A stretch of DNA of 20,248 nt from an archaeon (GCA_038046625.1 JBBSVV010000056.1:1-20248), one strand, 5' to 3'; shown: positions 8,086 through 17,893, counted from the first letter of the stretch. A program made the numbers and translations. The notes: generated by a model not told the origin, from the sequence alone.

Positions 8086-10698
8086 ATGTTGTCAAAAAGA
8101 ATTGTCGGGGTTGAATTCAGGGTCCTGGGCCCGACAATGGTAAGGAAAATGAGCGCAATAGACATCAAGAGCCCCGAGACTTACGATAAGGACGGCTTCC
8201 CGATGGAAGGCGGATTAATGGACAACCATCTCGGAGTAATTAACCCCGGTTTGAGGTGCAAAACCTGCGGAAACACGATGAAGAAATGCCCGGGGCACTT
8301 CGGGCACATTGAGCTTGTGAGGCCGGTTTCGCACAGCGAGTTCACGAAAAAGGTGGAAGCGCTCATGATGGCGACATGCCAGCACTGCGGAAGGATTGCG
8401 ATTCCCGATGACAAGCTTGACCAATTGAGGCCTTACATCGGGGATTCTGACATTGACGTTGATAAAAAAATATTGTCGCGCACGAAGAAAGTGAAGAAGT
8501 GCCCGTATTGCACCGGCGAAAGGAAAGTCGTTCTTTTGGACAAGCCGACAAATTTCTATTTGGACAAGGACAGGATTTATCCGACGGAAATAAGGGAGTG
8601 GATGGAGAAAATCCCCGACAAGGATCTGGAATTTTTTGGTTACGAGCCGCAGAAACTGAGGCCCGAGTGGTTTGTCCTTACTGTTCTGCAGGTTCCGCCT
8701 ATAAATCTGAGGCCGAGCATTACCCTTGAATCCGGAATAAAGAGCGAAGACGATTTGACGCACAAGCTCGTTGACATAATAAGAATCAACATGCGCCTGA
8801 AGGACAACATTGATGCGGGTGCGCCGCAGCTCATCATTGAGGATTTGTGGGATTTGCTGCAGTACCACGTGAGCACTTACTTCAACAACAATACCGCAGG
8901 AGTTCCGCCGGCGAAGCACAGGTCCGGGAGAGCATTGAGGACTCTTGTCCAAAGGTTGCAGGGAAAGAAAGGGCGCTTCAGGTACAACTTAACGGGAAAG
9001 CGCGTCAACTTTGCGGCGCGTTCAATCATTACTCCGGATCCAATGCTTTCAATCAATGAATTGGGCGTTCCGCAGGAGATTGCGGAGAACATGACTGTTC
9101 CCGAAACAATAACCAAGGGAAATGTGCCTGTTTACAAGGAAATGGTGAAGGAAGGAAAGGTCCTTTACGTGCAAAGGCCTGATGGCATGAGGAGAAAAAT
9201 CGTGGATGTGAACCGCGACCTCATCCTCGAGGAACTCGATGTCGGCTACAGGGTTGAAAGGAAACTCAAGAACGGGGACATTGTGCTGTTCAACAGGCAG
9301 CCTTCGCTGCACAGGCTTTCGATGATGGCGCATTACGCGAAAATAATGCCGGACAAGACTTTCAGGTTGAACCCGATTGTCTGCAAGCCATACAACGCGG
9401 ACTTTGATGGGGATGAAATGAACATGCATGTTCCGCAGACGCCCGAAGGAATCGCGGAAGCCTCGGAGCTGATGCTTGTGCAGAAGCTCATTATTTCGCC
9501 GCGCTACGGTGCGCCTGTGATTATACTTGACGAGGACGGAATCTCGGGCTGCTTCATGCTTACCATGAAGCAGACCACATTCAGCAGGGAGGACGCGTTC
9601 AGGTTCTTCCAGATAATGGGTTTGGAGGATATCCCCAAGCCGGATGCGGGAAAGGACAGGTACAGCGGAAAACTCATTTTCTCGCAGCTTTTGCCAAAAG
9701 ACCTGAACATGGAGTACAAGTCAAGGTTCTACCACCACGTGAAGAGCATGGATGCGAACCATCCCGCATTGAAGGACCCGTACAAGCACGATTTGATTGT
9801 GAAAATCGAGAAAGGCGTCCTGAAGTCCGGGGTAATCGACTCGATGAGCCTTGGGGAAGGAAAGGGAAAGCTCGTTGATGCGCTCGCGAGGGATTATGAC
9901 AGGTCTGTCATTGCGGACTTTTACGACAAGATTTCAAAAATCATTTCCGCACTGATTACTTCGGTCGGAATGACCGTTAGTTTGGAGGAATATACCCCAA
10001 GCCAGAAAGTAACCAAGATACGCGAAAAGGCGATTGAGGAAATGAGGGAAGCCGCAAAGGAGCACGTGCAAAAATTCCACAGGGGAAGCCTCGAGCTCAT
10101 TCCCGGAAGGACGCTTACCGAATCCTTTGAAATCAACATGATGAGGACTGCGGCCGCGGCAAAGGAAAAGGTGCAGAAGCAGATAATGAGGGAAGTCGTT
10201 GAAAGCACAATGGTTGAGGAGCCGGAGTTCAACAGCAATGTAATGATACTCTCGGGTTCAAGGGGAAGCGTAATCAACCTCACGAACCTTTACGGAATGT
10301 GGGGCCAGGCATCCGTAAGGGAAGGGCGCCCCAAGAGGGGATTCAGCAACAGGCTCATTGCATTGAACAGGCGCGATGATGTCGGCATTGATGCCGGCGG
10401 ATTCATAAACCACAACTTCAGGGAAGGAATGAGCAGCTTCGAGTACTTCTACCACGCGATGGGTGGAAGGCAGGGAGAAGTCGACACAGGGGTTTCCACA
10501 AAAGTATCCGGATACTTATACAGGAGGCTCGCGAATTCACTGAAGGATTTGGTCGTGAACAACGATGCAACCGTAAGGACCGCGAACAAGAACATTGTGC
10601 AGTACAAGTACGGGGAAGACGGCGTATTCCCGGAAAAGTCATTTAAGGGAAGGAGCATTTCGGTCAAAAGGGAACTCGAAAAGCTCAGGGGCAAGTGA
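8086..10698 (+). CDS. rpoA1: RNA polymerase subunit A' (Rpo1N)
   Basis: CKTC..CPGHFGH, GKRVNFAARS, LFNRQPSLH, catalytic YNADFDGDEMN, bridge-helix region GYLYRRL. ATG 8086 preferred to TTG 8080. Confidence 0.97.
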   Translation: MLSKRIVGVEFRVLGPTMVRKMSAIDIKSPETYDKDGFPMEGGLMDNHLGVINPGLRCKTCGNTMKKCPGHFGHIELVRPVSHSEFTKKVEALMMATCQHCGRIAIPDDKLDQLRPYIGDSDIDVDKKILSRTKKVKKCPYCTGERKVVLLDKPTNFYLDKDRIYPTEIREWMEKIPDKDLEFFGYEPQKLRPEWFVLTVLQVPPINLRPSITLESGIKSEDDLTHKLVDIIRINMRLKDNIDAGAPQLIIEDLWDLLQYHVSTYFNNNTAGVPPAKHRSGRALRTLVQRLQGKKGRFRYNLTGKRVNFAARSIITPDPMLSINELGVPQEIAENMTVPETITKGNVPVYKEMVKEGKVLYVQRPDGMRRKIVDVNRDLILEELDVGYRVERKLKNGDIVLFNRQPSLHRLSMMAHYAKIMPDKTFRLNPIVCKPYNADFDGDEMNMHVPQTPEGIAEASELMLVQKLIISPRYGAPVIILDEDGISGCFMLTMKQTTFSREDAFRFFQIMGLEDIPKPDAGKDRYSGKLIFSQLLPKDLNMEYKSRFYHHVKSMDANHPALKDPYKHDLIVKIEKGVLKSGVIDSMSLGEGKGKLVDALARDYDRSVIADFYDKISKIISALITSVGMTVSLEEYTPSQKVTKIREKAIEEMREAAKEHVQKFHRGSLELIPGRTLTESFEINMMRTAAAAKEKVQKQIMREVVESTMVEEPEFNSNVMILSGSRGSVINLTNLYGMWGQASVREGRPKRGFSNRLIALNRRDDVGIDAGGFINHNFREGMSSFEYFYHAMGGRQGEVDTGVSTKVSGYLYRRLANSLKDLVVNNDATVRTANKNIVQYKYGEDGVFPEKSFKGRSISVKRELEKLRGK

Positions 10699-10704
10699 AG
10701 GCGC

Positions 10705-11946
10705 ATGACGGCAAAGAAAACTGAAAAGAAAGCACACCACGAAAAAAAGGAAAAGAAGCCCGCACAGAAAAAGGAGCCGAAGAAGAAGCCAGAGCCCGAA
10801 ATTGAAGTGGAAAGGGTAATGCTTCAGGGCAACCTCATGGATGAAGACGGCCTGCCGCAGAAGGTCCTTGAGGAATTCGAGAACGTGACCGAAGAGCTCA
10901 AGGTAAAGGACAAGGAAAAGAAGGAGCTCTTTGAGCGCATTGTGAAGCACTTCGAGGACAGCATTGTCGAGCCCGGCGAGGCCGTGGGAATAATCACCGC
11001 ACAGAGCCTTGGAGAGCCCGGAACGCAATTGACCTTGAGGACAAAGCACTACGCGGGTTCGGCCGAAGTTTCTGTCGGCTCGGGAATTCAAAGAGTCGAG
11101 GAAATCGTTGACGGCAGGAGCAAGGCAAAATACCCCACAATGACGATTCACATTGCCGACCACGCAATGAGGAAGGACTTCGACAAGGTTGACTTGTTCG
11201 CGAGAACGCTTATTGATGTGCGCGTGGACGACGTAATAAAAGTCAAGGAAGACTTGAACACGGGAAAGGTCACGATTGAACTGGACAAGGATGCAATCCA
11301 CTCGAGGAACGTGAACGCAGAGGAACTGATTGACAAGATTGAGAAACAGATGAAGAAGGAAGCGAGGAAAAGGGACAAATATACGCTGGATTTTGTTTTC
11401 AAGAACGAGGCGCTCCTCAAAATAAGGAGAGCCCTCAACAAGCTGCGCAATCTCCGCATACAGGGAATACGCGGAATAGAGAAAATCATTGTCGTGAAGG
11501 AAGAGAACGAGTACGTGATAAAGACCCGGGGAACGAACCTCAAGACAATCATAAAGCTAGAGGAAGTTGACGGCTCGAGAACCATGACGAACGACATAAA
11601 GGAAATCAGCAAGGTTTTGGGGATTGAGGCCGGAAGGATTTCAATTGTGAATGAGCTGCACAAGGTCCTGCAGGAAAACGGAATCTCGGTTGACATCAGG
11701 CACATAATGCTTCTCGCTGACCTGATGACATGGGATGGCGACATACGCGGAATAGTGAGGACAGGAATCACGCGCGGAAAATCAAGCCCATTTGCGAGAG
11801 CGGCCTTTGAAGAAACCGTGAAGCACCTTCTCGATGCGAGCTTCAAGGGAGAGGTTGAAAACCTTGAAGGGGTTGTCGAGAACATCATTGTCGGGCAGCC
11901 GATTAAGGTGGGCACCGGAAGGGTAAACTTGGTGATGAAGAAATGA
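10705..11946 (+). CDS. rpoA2: RNA polymerase subunit A'' (Rpo1C) with Lys-rich N-terminal extension
   Basis: [73 protein letters not shown]. Confidence 0.96.
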   Translation: MTAKKTEKKAHHEKKEKKPAQKKEPKKKPEPEIEVERVMLQGNLMDEDGLPQKVLEEFENVTEELKVKDKEKKELFERIVKHFEDSIVEPGEAVGIITAQSLGEPGTQLTLRTKHYAGSAEVSVGSGIQRVEEIVDGRSKAKYPTMTIHIADHAMRKDFDKVDLFARTLIDVRVDDVIKVKEDLNTGKVTIELDKDAIHSRNVNAEELIDKIEKQMKKEARKRDKYTLDFVFKNEALLKIRRALNKLRNLRIQGIRGIEKIIVVKEENEYVIKTRGTNLKTIIKLEEVDGSRTMTNDIKEISKVLGIEAGRISIVNELHKVLQENGISVDIRHIMLLADLMTWDGDIRGIVRTGITRGKSSPFARAAFEETVKHLLDASFKGEVENLEGVVENIIVGQPIKVGTGRVNLVMKK

Positions 11947-11980
11947 ATGCAATGATTAGGCTGAAAGGGGGGAAGCGGGG

Positions 11981-12286
11981 ATGGCGAAGGTTGATTCTGC
12001 AAAGGAAATAAGGAGAAGCGTGGATACAGGCAAAGTGATTTTCGGGACAAAGGAGACGGAGCAAAGCATTAAAAATGGTTCCGCGAAGTTAATAATAATC
12101 ACGAACAACGCACCCAGGCTTTCAAAGGAGAAGCTTGCTTCTTTTGCCGAAATGGCGAAGATAATGGTTTTCGATTTTGCCGGAACCGGCTTGGAGCTTG
12201 GAAGCATCTGCGGAAAGCCATTCACGGTGAGCGCAATGGCGATTCTGGATCCCGGCAAGAGCAAAGTGCTCGAAATATCAAAGTGA
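11981..12286 (+). CDS. rpl30e: 50S ribosomal protein L30e
   Basis: VDTGKVIFG, ELGSICGKPFTVSAMAILDPGKS; conserved position after rpoA''. Confidence 0.95.
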   Translation: MAKVDSAKEIRRSVDTGKVIFGTKETEQSIKNGSAKLIIITNNAPRLSKEKLASFAEMAKIMVFDFAGTGLELGSICGKPFTVSAMAILDPGKSKVLEISK

Positions 12287-12292
12287 TTTGGA

Positions 12293-12706
12293 TTGAAGCT
12301 TGGGATGCAGCAGATTCAGCTCATGAATTCGCTGGACGCGATTGCGCGCGTTAATGCGAAGGACTGCTTCGTCAGGGGCGAAAGCATCGTTTTTTTGGTC
12401 CCGGAAAGCCAGATGAGGCAGGCAATAGGAAAGAACGGTTCGGTGGTTGAAAAGCTGAAGAAAATGCTCGGCAAGAACGTCGAGCTGTTCGAGTACAACG
12501 AGGACCCGAAAAAGTTCTTCGAGAAGGCCTTTTACAGGGCCAAAATAAATGAAATAGAAATAAGCGAAAAGGAAGGAAGCAAGGCCGCAACAATAAAGGT
12601 TGACGGCACGAACAAAAGGATAATACTGCAGAACATGGGGAGACTGAAGAAAATAAAAGAGTTAGCTGAAAGGAATTATAACATTGACGAAGTAAGAGTA
12701 CGGTGA
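12293..12706 (+). CDS. nusA: Archaeal NusA (KH-domain transcription factor)
   Basis: KDC, AIGKNGSVVEKL..GKNVELFEY; conserved position between L30e and S12; second KH GxxG is degenerate. Confidence 0.9.
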   Translation: MKLGMQQIQLMNSLDAIARVNAKDCFVRGESIVFLVPESQMRQAIGKNGSVVEKLKKMLGKNVELFEYNEDPKKFFEKAFYRAKINEIEISEKEGSKAATIKVDGTNKRIILQNMGRLKKIKELAERNYNIDEVRVR

Positions 12707-12715
12707 ACAAAAAAA

Positions 12716-13150
12716 ATGGCGGGAGAATTTGCGGCAAGGAGCCTTCAGAAAAAAAGGAAAAAGTGGAGCCACAAGGACATAAGGCACAACAAAAAAGTGA
12801 AGGCCAAAATGGGCAAGGGCAAGAGGGAGGACCTTTTAGGCGGCTCGCCACAAGCACGCGGAATAGTGATTGAAAAGCGCGGAGTAACGGCAAAGCAGCC
12901 GAACTCAGGCATAAGGAAGTGCGTGCGCGTCCAGCTCATAAAGAACGGGCGCCAGTTGACCGCGCTTGCGCCTTACGACGGCGCAATAAAGTTCATTGAT
13001 GAGCATGACGAGGTTACGATTGAAGGAATTGGCGGCGCGCAGGGCGGCCCGAAAGGGGATTTGTGGGGAGTGAAGTACAGAGTTACGCATGTTAACGGGA
13101 TTGCGCTGGAAATGCTGAGGACGGGAAGAAAGGAAAAAGTGAAAAGGTAA
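12716..13150 (+). CDS. rps12: 30S ribosomal protein S12 (uS12)
   Basis: [48 protein letters not shown]. Confidence 0.97.
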   Translation: MAGEFAARSLQKKRKKWSHKDIRHNKKVKAKMGKGKREDLLGGSPQARGIVIEKRGVTAKQPNSGIRKCVRVQLIKNGRQLTALAPYDGAIKFIDEHDEVTIEGIGGAQGGPKGDLWGVKYRVTHVNGIALEMLRTGRKEKVKR

Positions 13151-13158
13151 ATGTATTG

Positions 13159-13167
13159 TTTTTTTTT
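13159..13167 (+). terminator. Possible oligo-T intrinsic terminator/attenuator between rps12 and rps7
   Basis: Run of nine T starting 9 nt after the S12 stop; archaeal intrinsic terminators are oligo-T tracts. Confidence 0.3.
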
Positions 13168-13181
13168 GGAAATGATGCCGC

Positions 13182-13799
13182 ATGGTTGAAAAGGGAAATC
13201 TTCTTGTATTCGGGAAATGGGATCCGGCAGAGGTAATGATTAATGACGCGAGCCTCGCGAAGTACGTGAGCCTGCAGACGAAAATGATTCCGCACACCTT
13301 CGGCAAGGGAACAAGGAAAAGGTTCGAGAAGGGAAACGTGAGCATTGTCGAGAGGCTCATAAACAAGTGCATGAGAAGCGGACAGGGAAAAAGGAAGCTC
13401 TCCGGAAAATACATCCGCGGAAGGGGCGGATGCGGAAAAAAAGTAATGGTAATGCACATGGTGGAAAAGGCATTCGAGATTGTGGAGAAGCGCACAGGGA
13501 AAAACCCCATTCAGGTTCTGGTTGACGCGATACAGAACGCGGGCCCCCGCGAAGACACGACAAGGATAAAGAGGGGCGGGGTTTCATATGCGGTTTCGGT
13601 TGACGTTGCGCCGTTGAAGAAGATTGATGAGGCGCTCAAGAACATTGCGCTCGCGGCTTTTTCGGGCTCTTACAGGACCAAGACGAATTCCGCGGAGGCG
13701 CTTGCAAAGGAACTTGTTTCATGCGCCGCCGAAGAGGCAACGAGCTTCAGCGTGAAGAGACGCGACGAAGTCGAGAGGATTGCCAAGGCATCAAGGTAA
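13182..13799 (+). CDS. rps7: 30S ribosomal protein S7 (uS7)
   Basis: PHTFG, SIVERLINK, NPIQVLVDAIQNAGPREDTT, SVDVAP, ERIAKASR. Confidence 0.97.
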   Translation: MVEKGNLLVFGKWDPAEVMINDASLAKYVSLQTKMIPHTFGKGTRKRFEKGNVSIVERLINKCMRSGQGKRKLSGKYIRGRGGCGKKVMVMHMVEKAFEIVEKRTGKNPIQVLVDAIQNAGPREDTTRIKRGGVSYAVSVDVAPLKKIDEALKNIALAAFSGSYRTKTNSAEALAKELVSCAAEEATSFSVKRRDEVERIAKASR

Positions 13800-13813
13800 G
13801 GGTCTGATTCTGG

Positions 13814-16800
13814 ATGGCCAAGAAAGAGGAAATTGCGAGGCTTGCGGAAAAGCTGATGGGAAACCGCGAAAACATCCGCAACATTGGGATTGTCGCGCAC
13901 ATAGACCACGGAAAATGCGTGGCGCCGCAAACGAGGCTCCAGATTGCCGACGGCGAATTCGTTACTGCACAGGAACTTTTCAACAAAACATCCTTGAGCG
14001 GCACAAAAGTAAGGGAAACTTCTTCGGAAATTGTTTACGAGTCAAAGGATAACGTGAAAATTTTTTCTGTGGAAAAAAACGGGAAAATTTCGAGAAAAAG
14101 GATTTCACATGCATGGAAACTAAAGGGTGGGCAGACACTTTCCATTACACTCAGAAACGGAGCATGTATTACAACTACTCCCGAGCACGAGTTCATGCTT
14201 TTTGACGGCGCACAATTCTCCTACAGGCAAGCAAAAGAAATAATGGTTGGCGAGAGGATTGTGGCTGCGCGCGAAACACCAGTGGAAACTATTCGGGACG
14301 TCAACATGGAGGCACTTAAACTGCTTTCCAGAAACGGGTTTTTTGCCACGGTAAAGAGTGATGTGAAAGTGCGCCTCAGGGAATCAATAATTAATTATGG
14401 CGTGAAGCGGGCTTGGATTGAATCAGGAACCGCTCTCAAGGAAAAATCTTTTTATCACTGCATCTGGAAGGGGAAATATGGGCTCGCTGAGTTGTTTGGC
14501 CTCGCAAAAATACTGCACATGGAAGAAGAAGCTGTTGCAGGCTGGGTTGAAAAAGTGGGGACAAAAGGGAGCGATTACATACAGTGGCCTGTGGATTTTC
14601 ATGATTTGTTTTATGTTGCCGGCCTCATGGTCGGAGATGGCACAGGCCAAAAATTCGTTGCGGGCAAACAGTTTTTGGCACAGGAATTCAAAAGGATTTG
14701 TTTAGGGTTTGGCATAAAGTACTTTGACAGGAACTATGAAGGAAAAACACCAGAAGTCGGGGCGTCGAAAACGCTTGCAAAAATGCTCAATGCGTTGTTT
14801 GACTATCCTTTAAGGAAAAAATCGCACAACGTGAGGGTTTCAAAGTTTCTCCAGAAGGCGCCGACCGAACTGGCCGCGCTTTTCATCAAAGGTTATTTTG
14901 ACTGCGATGGCTCTGTTGAAAAAGCAAGAAAAGCCGCCACGATAAGCAGCGCAAGTGCTTTGATGATTGAAGAAATGCAGTTGCTGTTAAGCAGGTTCGG
15001 TTGCGTGGCAATAAGGGAAAAGGACAATACGCTCAGCATTTCAGGCGAGTCACTGAAAAACTTTGCTTCAAAAATAGGTTTCAAGCTTGAGGAAAAACAA
15101 TCCAAAGCCGAAATACTGGCAAAACTCTCCACAGGCAGTCTTGTTGCGGATTTGGTGCCGATGCACGGGCTTAGGCAGGCAAGGGAAGGGATTGGGATTT
15201 CGAGAAATGCCGTAAGCAGGCATTACTACAAATACGAAAGCGATTCATACACGCCGACAATTTCCACTTACAACAAACTCATAATGAAAATGAAACAAAA
15301 AGGCATTGAGGCGCATATTGACGTAAGCCAACTGGCTTTCATTGAAGTCACATCCATAAAAGAATCTTTCACGGAAACGGTGTATGATTTCAGTGTCCCT
15401 GAAACGAGGAACTTTGTGGCGGAAACTTTCGTAGTGCACAACACAACCCTTTCTGATAATCTTGTCGCGGCCTCGGGAATGATGAGCCAGGAGCTCGCTG
15501 GAAAGCAGCTTGTAATGGATTTTGAGGACCAGGAGCAGGAACGCGGAATAACAATCAACGCGGCAAACATCTCGCTTTTGTATGACCACGGCGGAAAAGA
15601 GTACCTCGTGAATCTCATCGACACTCCGGGTCATGTTGACTTTGGCGGGGAAGTCATACGCGCAATGAGGGCTGTTGACGGCGTCGTTCTTGTCATTGAT
15701 GCGGTTGAAGGCGTAATGCCACAGACCGAAACCGTCATAAGGCAGGCGCTGCGCGAATACGTGAAGCCTGTTTTGTTCGTGAACAAGGTCGACAGATTGA
15801 TCAAGGAACTGCAGGTGAATGAGCAGCAGATGCAGGAACGCTTTTTAAAGGTAATTGCGCACGTCAATGCGCTCATAAAAAAGAATGCGCCGAAAGAGTT
15901 TGCGGACGAATGGACTGTGAAGGTGCAGGACGGTTCCGTGACATTCGGGAGCGCCTACAACAACTGGGCAGTTTCGGTTCCGAGGATGAAGGAAACCGGA
16001 ATTTCCTTCAAGGACGTTTACGAATATTTGAAAAGCGGCAGGCAGAAGGAGCTCGCCGAGAAAAGCCATTTGAGCGACGCATTGTTCCAGATGGTCATAA
16101 CGCATCTGCCTAGCCCGCTCAAGGCACAGAAATACAGGATACCCGTCATCTGGAAAGGGGAACTGGAAAGCCCGATTGCGAAGTCAATGAGGGCGTGCGA
16201 CCAGAGCGGGCCTTTCGCAATGATGGTTACCGATGTTTCCGTTGACAAGCACTCGGGGGACATTGCAACCGGAAGGGTTTACTCGGGAACCGTGAAGAAA
16301 GGAATGAAGGTCAGGCTCGTGGGTTTGCAGAAGGAAGCGCCGATACAAAAAGTCGGCCTGTTCATGGGCGCGGATTTCACGGATGTTACCGAGGTTCCTG
16401 CGGGAAACATTGTTTCGCTCGTGGGAATGAAGGAAGTGTTTGCCGGAGAAACGATAACTGATGACCCGGAAATGAATTCATTTGAAAGCTTCATGACCGA
16501 GGTCGAGCCCGTAATAACGATTTCGATTGAGGCAAAGAACACAAAGGATTTGCCGAAGCTCATCGAGACAATCAGGCAGGTTACAAAGGAAGACCCTAAC
16601 GTCAAAGCCACTATAAACCAGGAGACAGGGGAACATTTGCTTTCCGGAATGGGCGAACTGCACCTTGAGATTATCCAGTACAGGATTGAGAAGCACCACC
16701 ATGTGCCGATACAGGTTTCGCCGCCGATTGTTGTTTACCACGAGACAATAAACAGCGGAAGCCGCTCGCTCGAATCAAAGAGCCCGAACAGGCACAACAA

Positions 16801-17536
16801 ACTCTTGATGAAGGTTCAGAAGCTGCCGAACGAGGTTCTTGAGAATCTTATTAAGAGCCACTTTGTGGGAAAGGTCAAGCCGAAGGACAAGGACAAAATT
16901 GCGATGTTTCAGGAAATGGGATTCGACAACGAAATATCCAAGAAAATCTGGGCGGTGCACAATAATTGTGTTTTGATTGATTCGACGCGCGGAATAGATT
17001 CGCTGCACGAAATACGCGAACTCGTTATCCAGGGCTTCAATGACGCAATGGACGCGGGGCCGCTTTCAAAGGAAAAATGCTTCGGCATGGCCGTTTTCCT
17101 CGAGGATGCTTCTCTGCACGAGGATGCGATTCATCGCGGGCCGGCACAGATGCTTCCGACAGTAACGAGGGGAATTTTTGCATGCATGATGGATGCCGAC
17201 CCGGTTCTTTACGAGCCTAAGCAGATGCTCACAATCAGCGTTCCGGAAGATTACTTGGGCGCGGTTTCAAAGGAGCTTGGTTCGAGAAGGACGCAGATTA
17301 CGGAAATGCGCCAGGAAGGGGACTCGAGCGTAATCATCGGCAAGGCGCCGGTAAAGGAACTCATTGGTTTTTCACAGAGCATCAGGAGTGCTACTCAGGG
17401 ACGCGTGATTTGGACGGCGGAGTACGCGGGCTATGAATTGCTGCCGCGCGAACTGCAGAAGCAAACCATTACTGAAATCAGGAAGCGCAAGGGCATGGAT
17501 TCTGATGTCAAGCCGGCTTCGTTCTGGCTCGAGTGA
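13814..17536 (+). CDS. fusA: Translation elongation factor aEF-2, intein-containing precursor (1240 aa; 731 aa after splicing)
   Basis: IRNIGIVAHIDHGK|intein|TTLSDNL, EQERGITI, NLIDTPGHVDF, NKVD, SGMGELHLE, diphthamide loop LHEDAIHRGPAQ. Confidence 0.97.
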   Translation: MAKKEEIARLAEKLMGNRENIRNIGIVAHIDHGKCVAPQTRLQIADGEFVTAQELFNKTSLSGTKVRETSSEIVYESKDNVKIFSVEKNGKISRKRISHAWKLKGGQTLSITLRNGACITTTPEHEFMLFDGAQFSYRQAKEIMVGERIVAARETPVETIRDVNMEALKLLSRNGFFATVKSDVKVRLRESIINYGVKRAWIESGTALKEKSFYHCIWKGKYGLAELFGLAKILHMEEEAVAGWVEKVGTKGSDYIQWPVDFHDLFYVAGLMVGDGTGQKFVAGKQFLAQEFKRICLGFGIKYFDRNYEGKTPEVGASKTLAKMLNALFDYPLRKKSHNVRVSKFLQKAPTELAALFIKGYFDCDGSVEKARKAATISSASALMIEEMQLLLSRFGCVAIREKDNTLSISGESLKNFASKIGFKLEEKQSKAEILAKLSTGSLVADLVPMHGLRQAREGIGISRNAVSRHYYKYESDSYTPTISTYNKLIMKMKQKGIEAHIDVSQLAFIEVTSIKESFTETVYDFSVPETRNFVAETFVVHNTTLSDNLVAASGMMSQELAGKQLVMDFEDQEQERGITINAANISLLYDHGGKEYLVNLIDTPGHVDFGGEVIRAMRAVDGVVLVIDAVEGVMPQTETVIRQALREYVKPVLFVNKVDRLIKELQVNEQQMQERFLKVIAHVNALIKKNAPKEFADEWTVKVQDGSVTFGSAYNNWAVSVPRMKETGISFKDVYEYLKSGRQKELAEKSHLSDALFQMVITHLPSPLKAQKYRIPVIWKGELESPIAKSMRACDQSGPFAMMVTDVSVDKHSGDIATGRVYSGTVKKGMKVRLVGLQKEAPIQKVGLFMGADFTDVTEVPAGNIVSLVGMKEVFAGETITDDPEMNSFESFMTEVEPVITISIEAKNTKDLPKLIETIRQVTKEDPNVKATINQETGEHLLSGMGELHLEIIQYRIEKHHHVPIQVSPPIVVYHETINSGSRSLESKSPNRHNKLLMKVQKLPNEVLENLIKSHFVGKVKPKDKDKIAMFQEMGFDNEISKKIWAVHNNCVLIDSTRGIDSLHEIRELVIQGFNDAMDAGPLSKEKCFGMAVFLEDASLHEDAIHRGPAQMLPTVTRGIFACMMDADPVLYEPKQMLTISVPEDYLGAVSKELGSRRTQITEMRQEGDSSVIIGKAPVKELIGFSQSIRSATQGRVIWTAEYAGYELLPRELQKQTITEIRKRKGMDSDVKPASFWLE
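13916..15442 (+). mobile_element. Intein with LAGLIDADG homing endonuclease and HTH in the EF-2 P-loop (509 aa, Cys1...His-Asn, +1 Thr)
   Basis: CVAPQT; ITTTPEHEF; YVAGLMVGDG and FIKGYFDCDGSV; XRE-like LRQAREGIGISRNAVS; VYDFSVPETRNFVAETFVVHN/T. Confidence 0.96.
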
Positions 17537-17537
17537 A
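17510..17537 (+). repeat. 28-bp direct repeat, copy 1 (3' end of fusA including stop codon; att-like)
   Basis: aagccggcttcgttctggctcgagtgaa is identical to 18737-18764. Confidence 0.95.
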
Positions 17538-17893
17538 TAATTCCAATCGGCCAAACGGAGCCACAAATTATTTCACGGTAAACTGCACCCCCACATCAAG
17601 CACCATGGCCATAATCTACAGAACAAAAACCAACCCATCATGCTCCGGAAGCGGAACAATAGATGATGTCAACATCACGAGCAATGCTTAACCTTTGACA
17701 CAAACGACATGCCAAAAGACGCAAAGCAGGATGCATACTGAACTGGCAAAGGCCCGACACGAATTTGAACGAACAAGGAACACTTGATGCGGGACAATAC
17801 AAAAGCATAAACACTTACGAATTAATGGCTTGCCGAGACTGCCACCCATCCAACAGCATGGATTTTCTTGCGCCCGGTCGCCGAAACATTTAA
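17533..17893 (+). pseudogene. Possible frameshifted remnant of a secreted/surface protein
   Basis: Successive frames give N/T/S/C-rich pieces: VNNSNRPNGATNYFTVNCTPTSSTMAIIYRTKTNPSCSGSGTIDDVNITSNA* (17533-17691), LTFDTNDMPKD..., GCILNWQRPDTNLNEQGTLDAGQYKSINTYEL...; no intact long ORF. Confidence 0.35.

Noticed and set aside
11148..12050. Long antisense ORFs (300 aa here; others opposite rpoA', rpoB', fusA)
   Set aside because: Shadow frames of strongly conserved sense genes, with no recognisable motifs.
13375..13445. Gly/Lys/Arg-rich segment in S7 (SGQGKRKLSGKYIRGRGGCGKK) as an inserted element
   Set aside because: Archaeal uS7 has a variable basic loop here; no hairpin or similarity to the mini-element.
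17850..17857. ccaacagc as a third copy of the mini-element
   Set aside because: Only 8 bp match and the complementary ctgttg arm is missing; compatible with chance.
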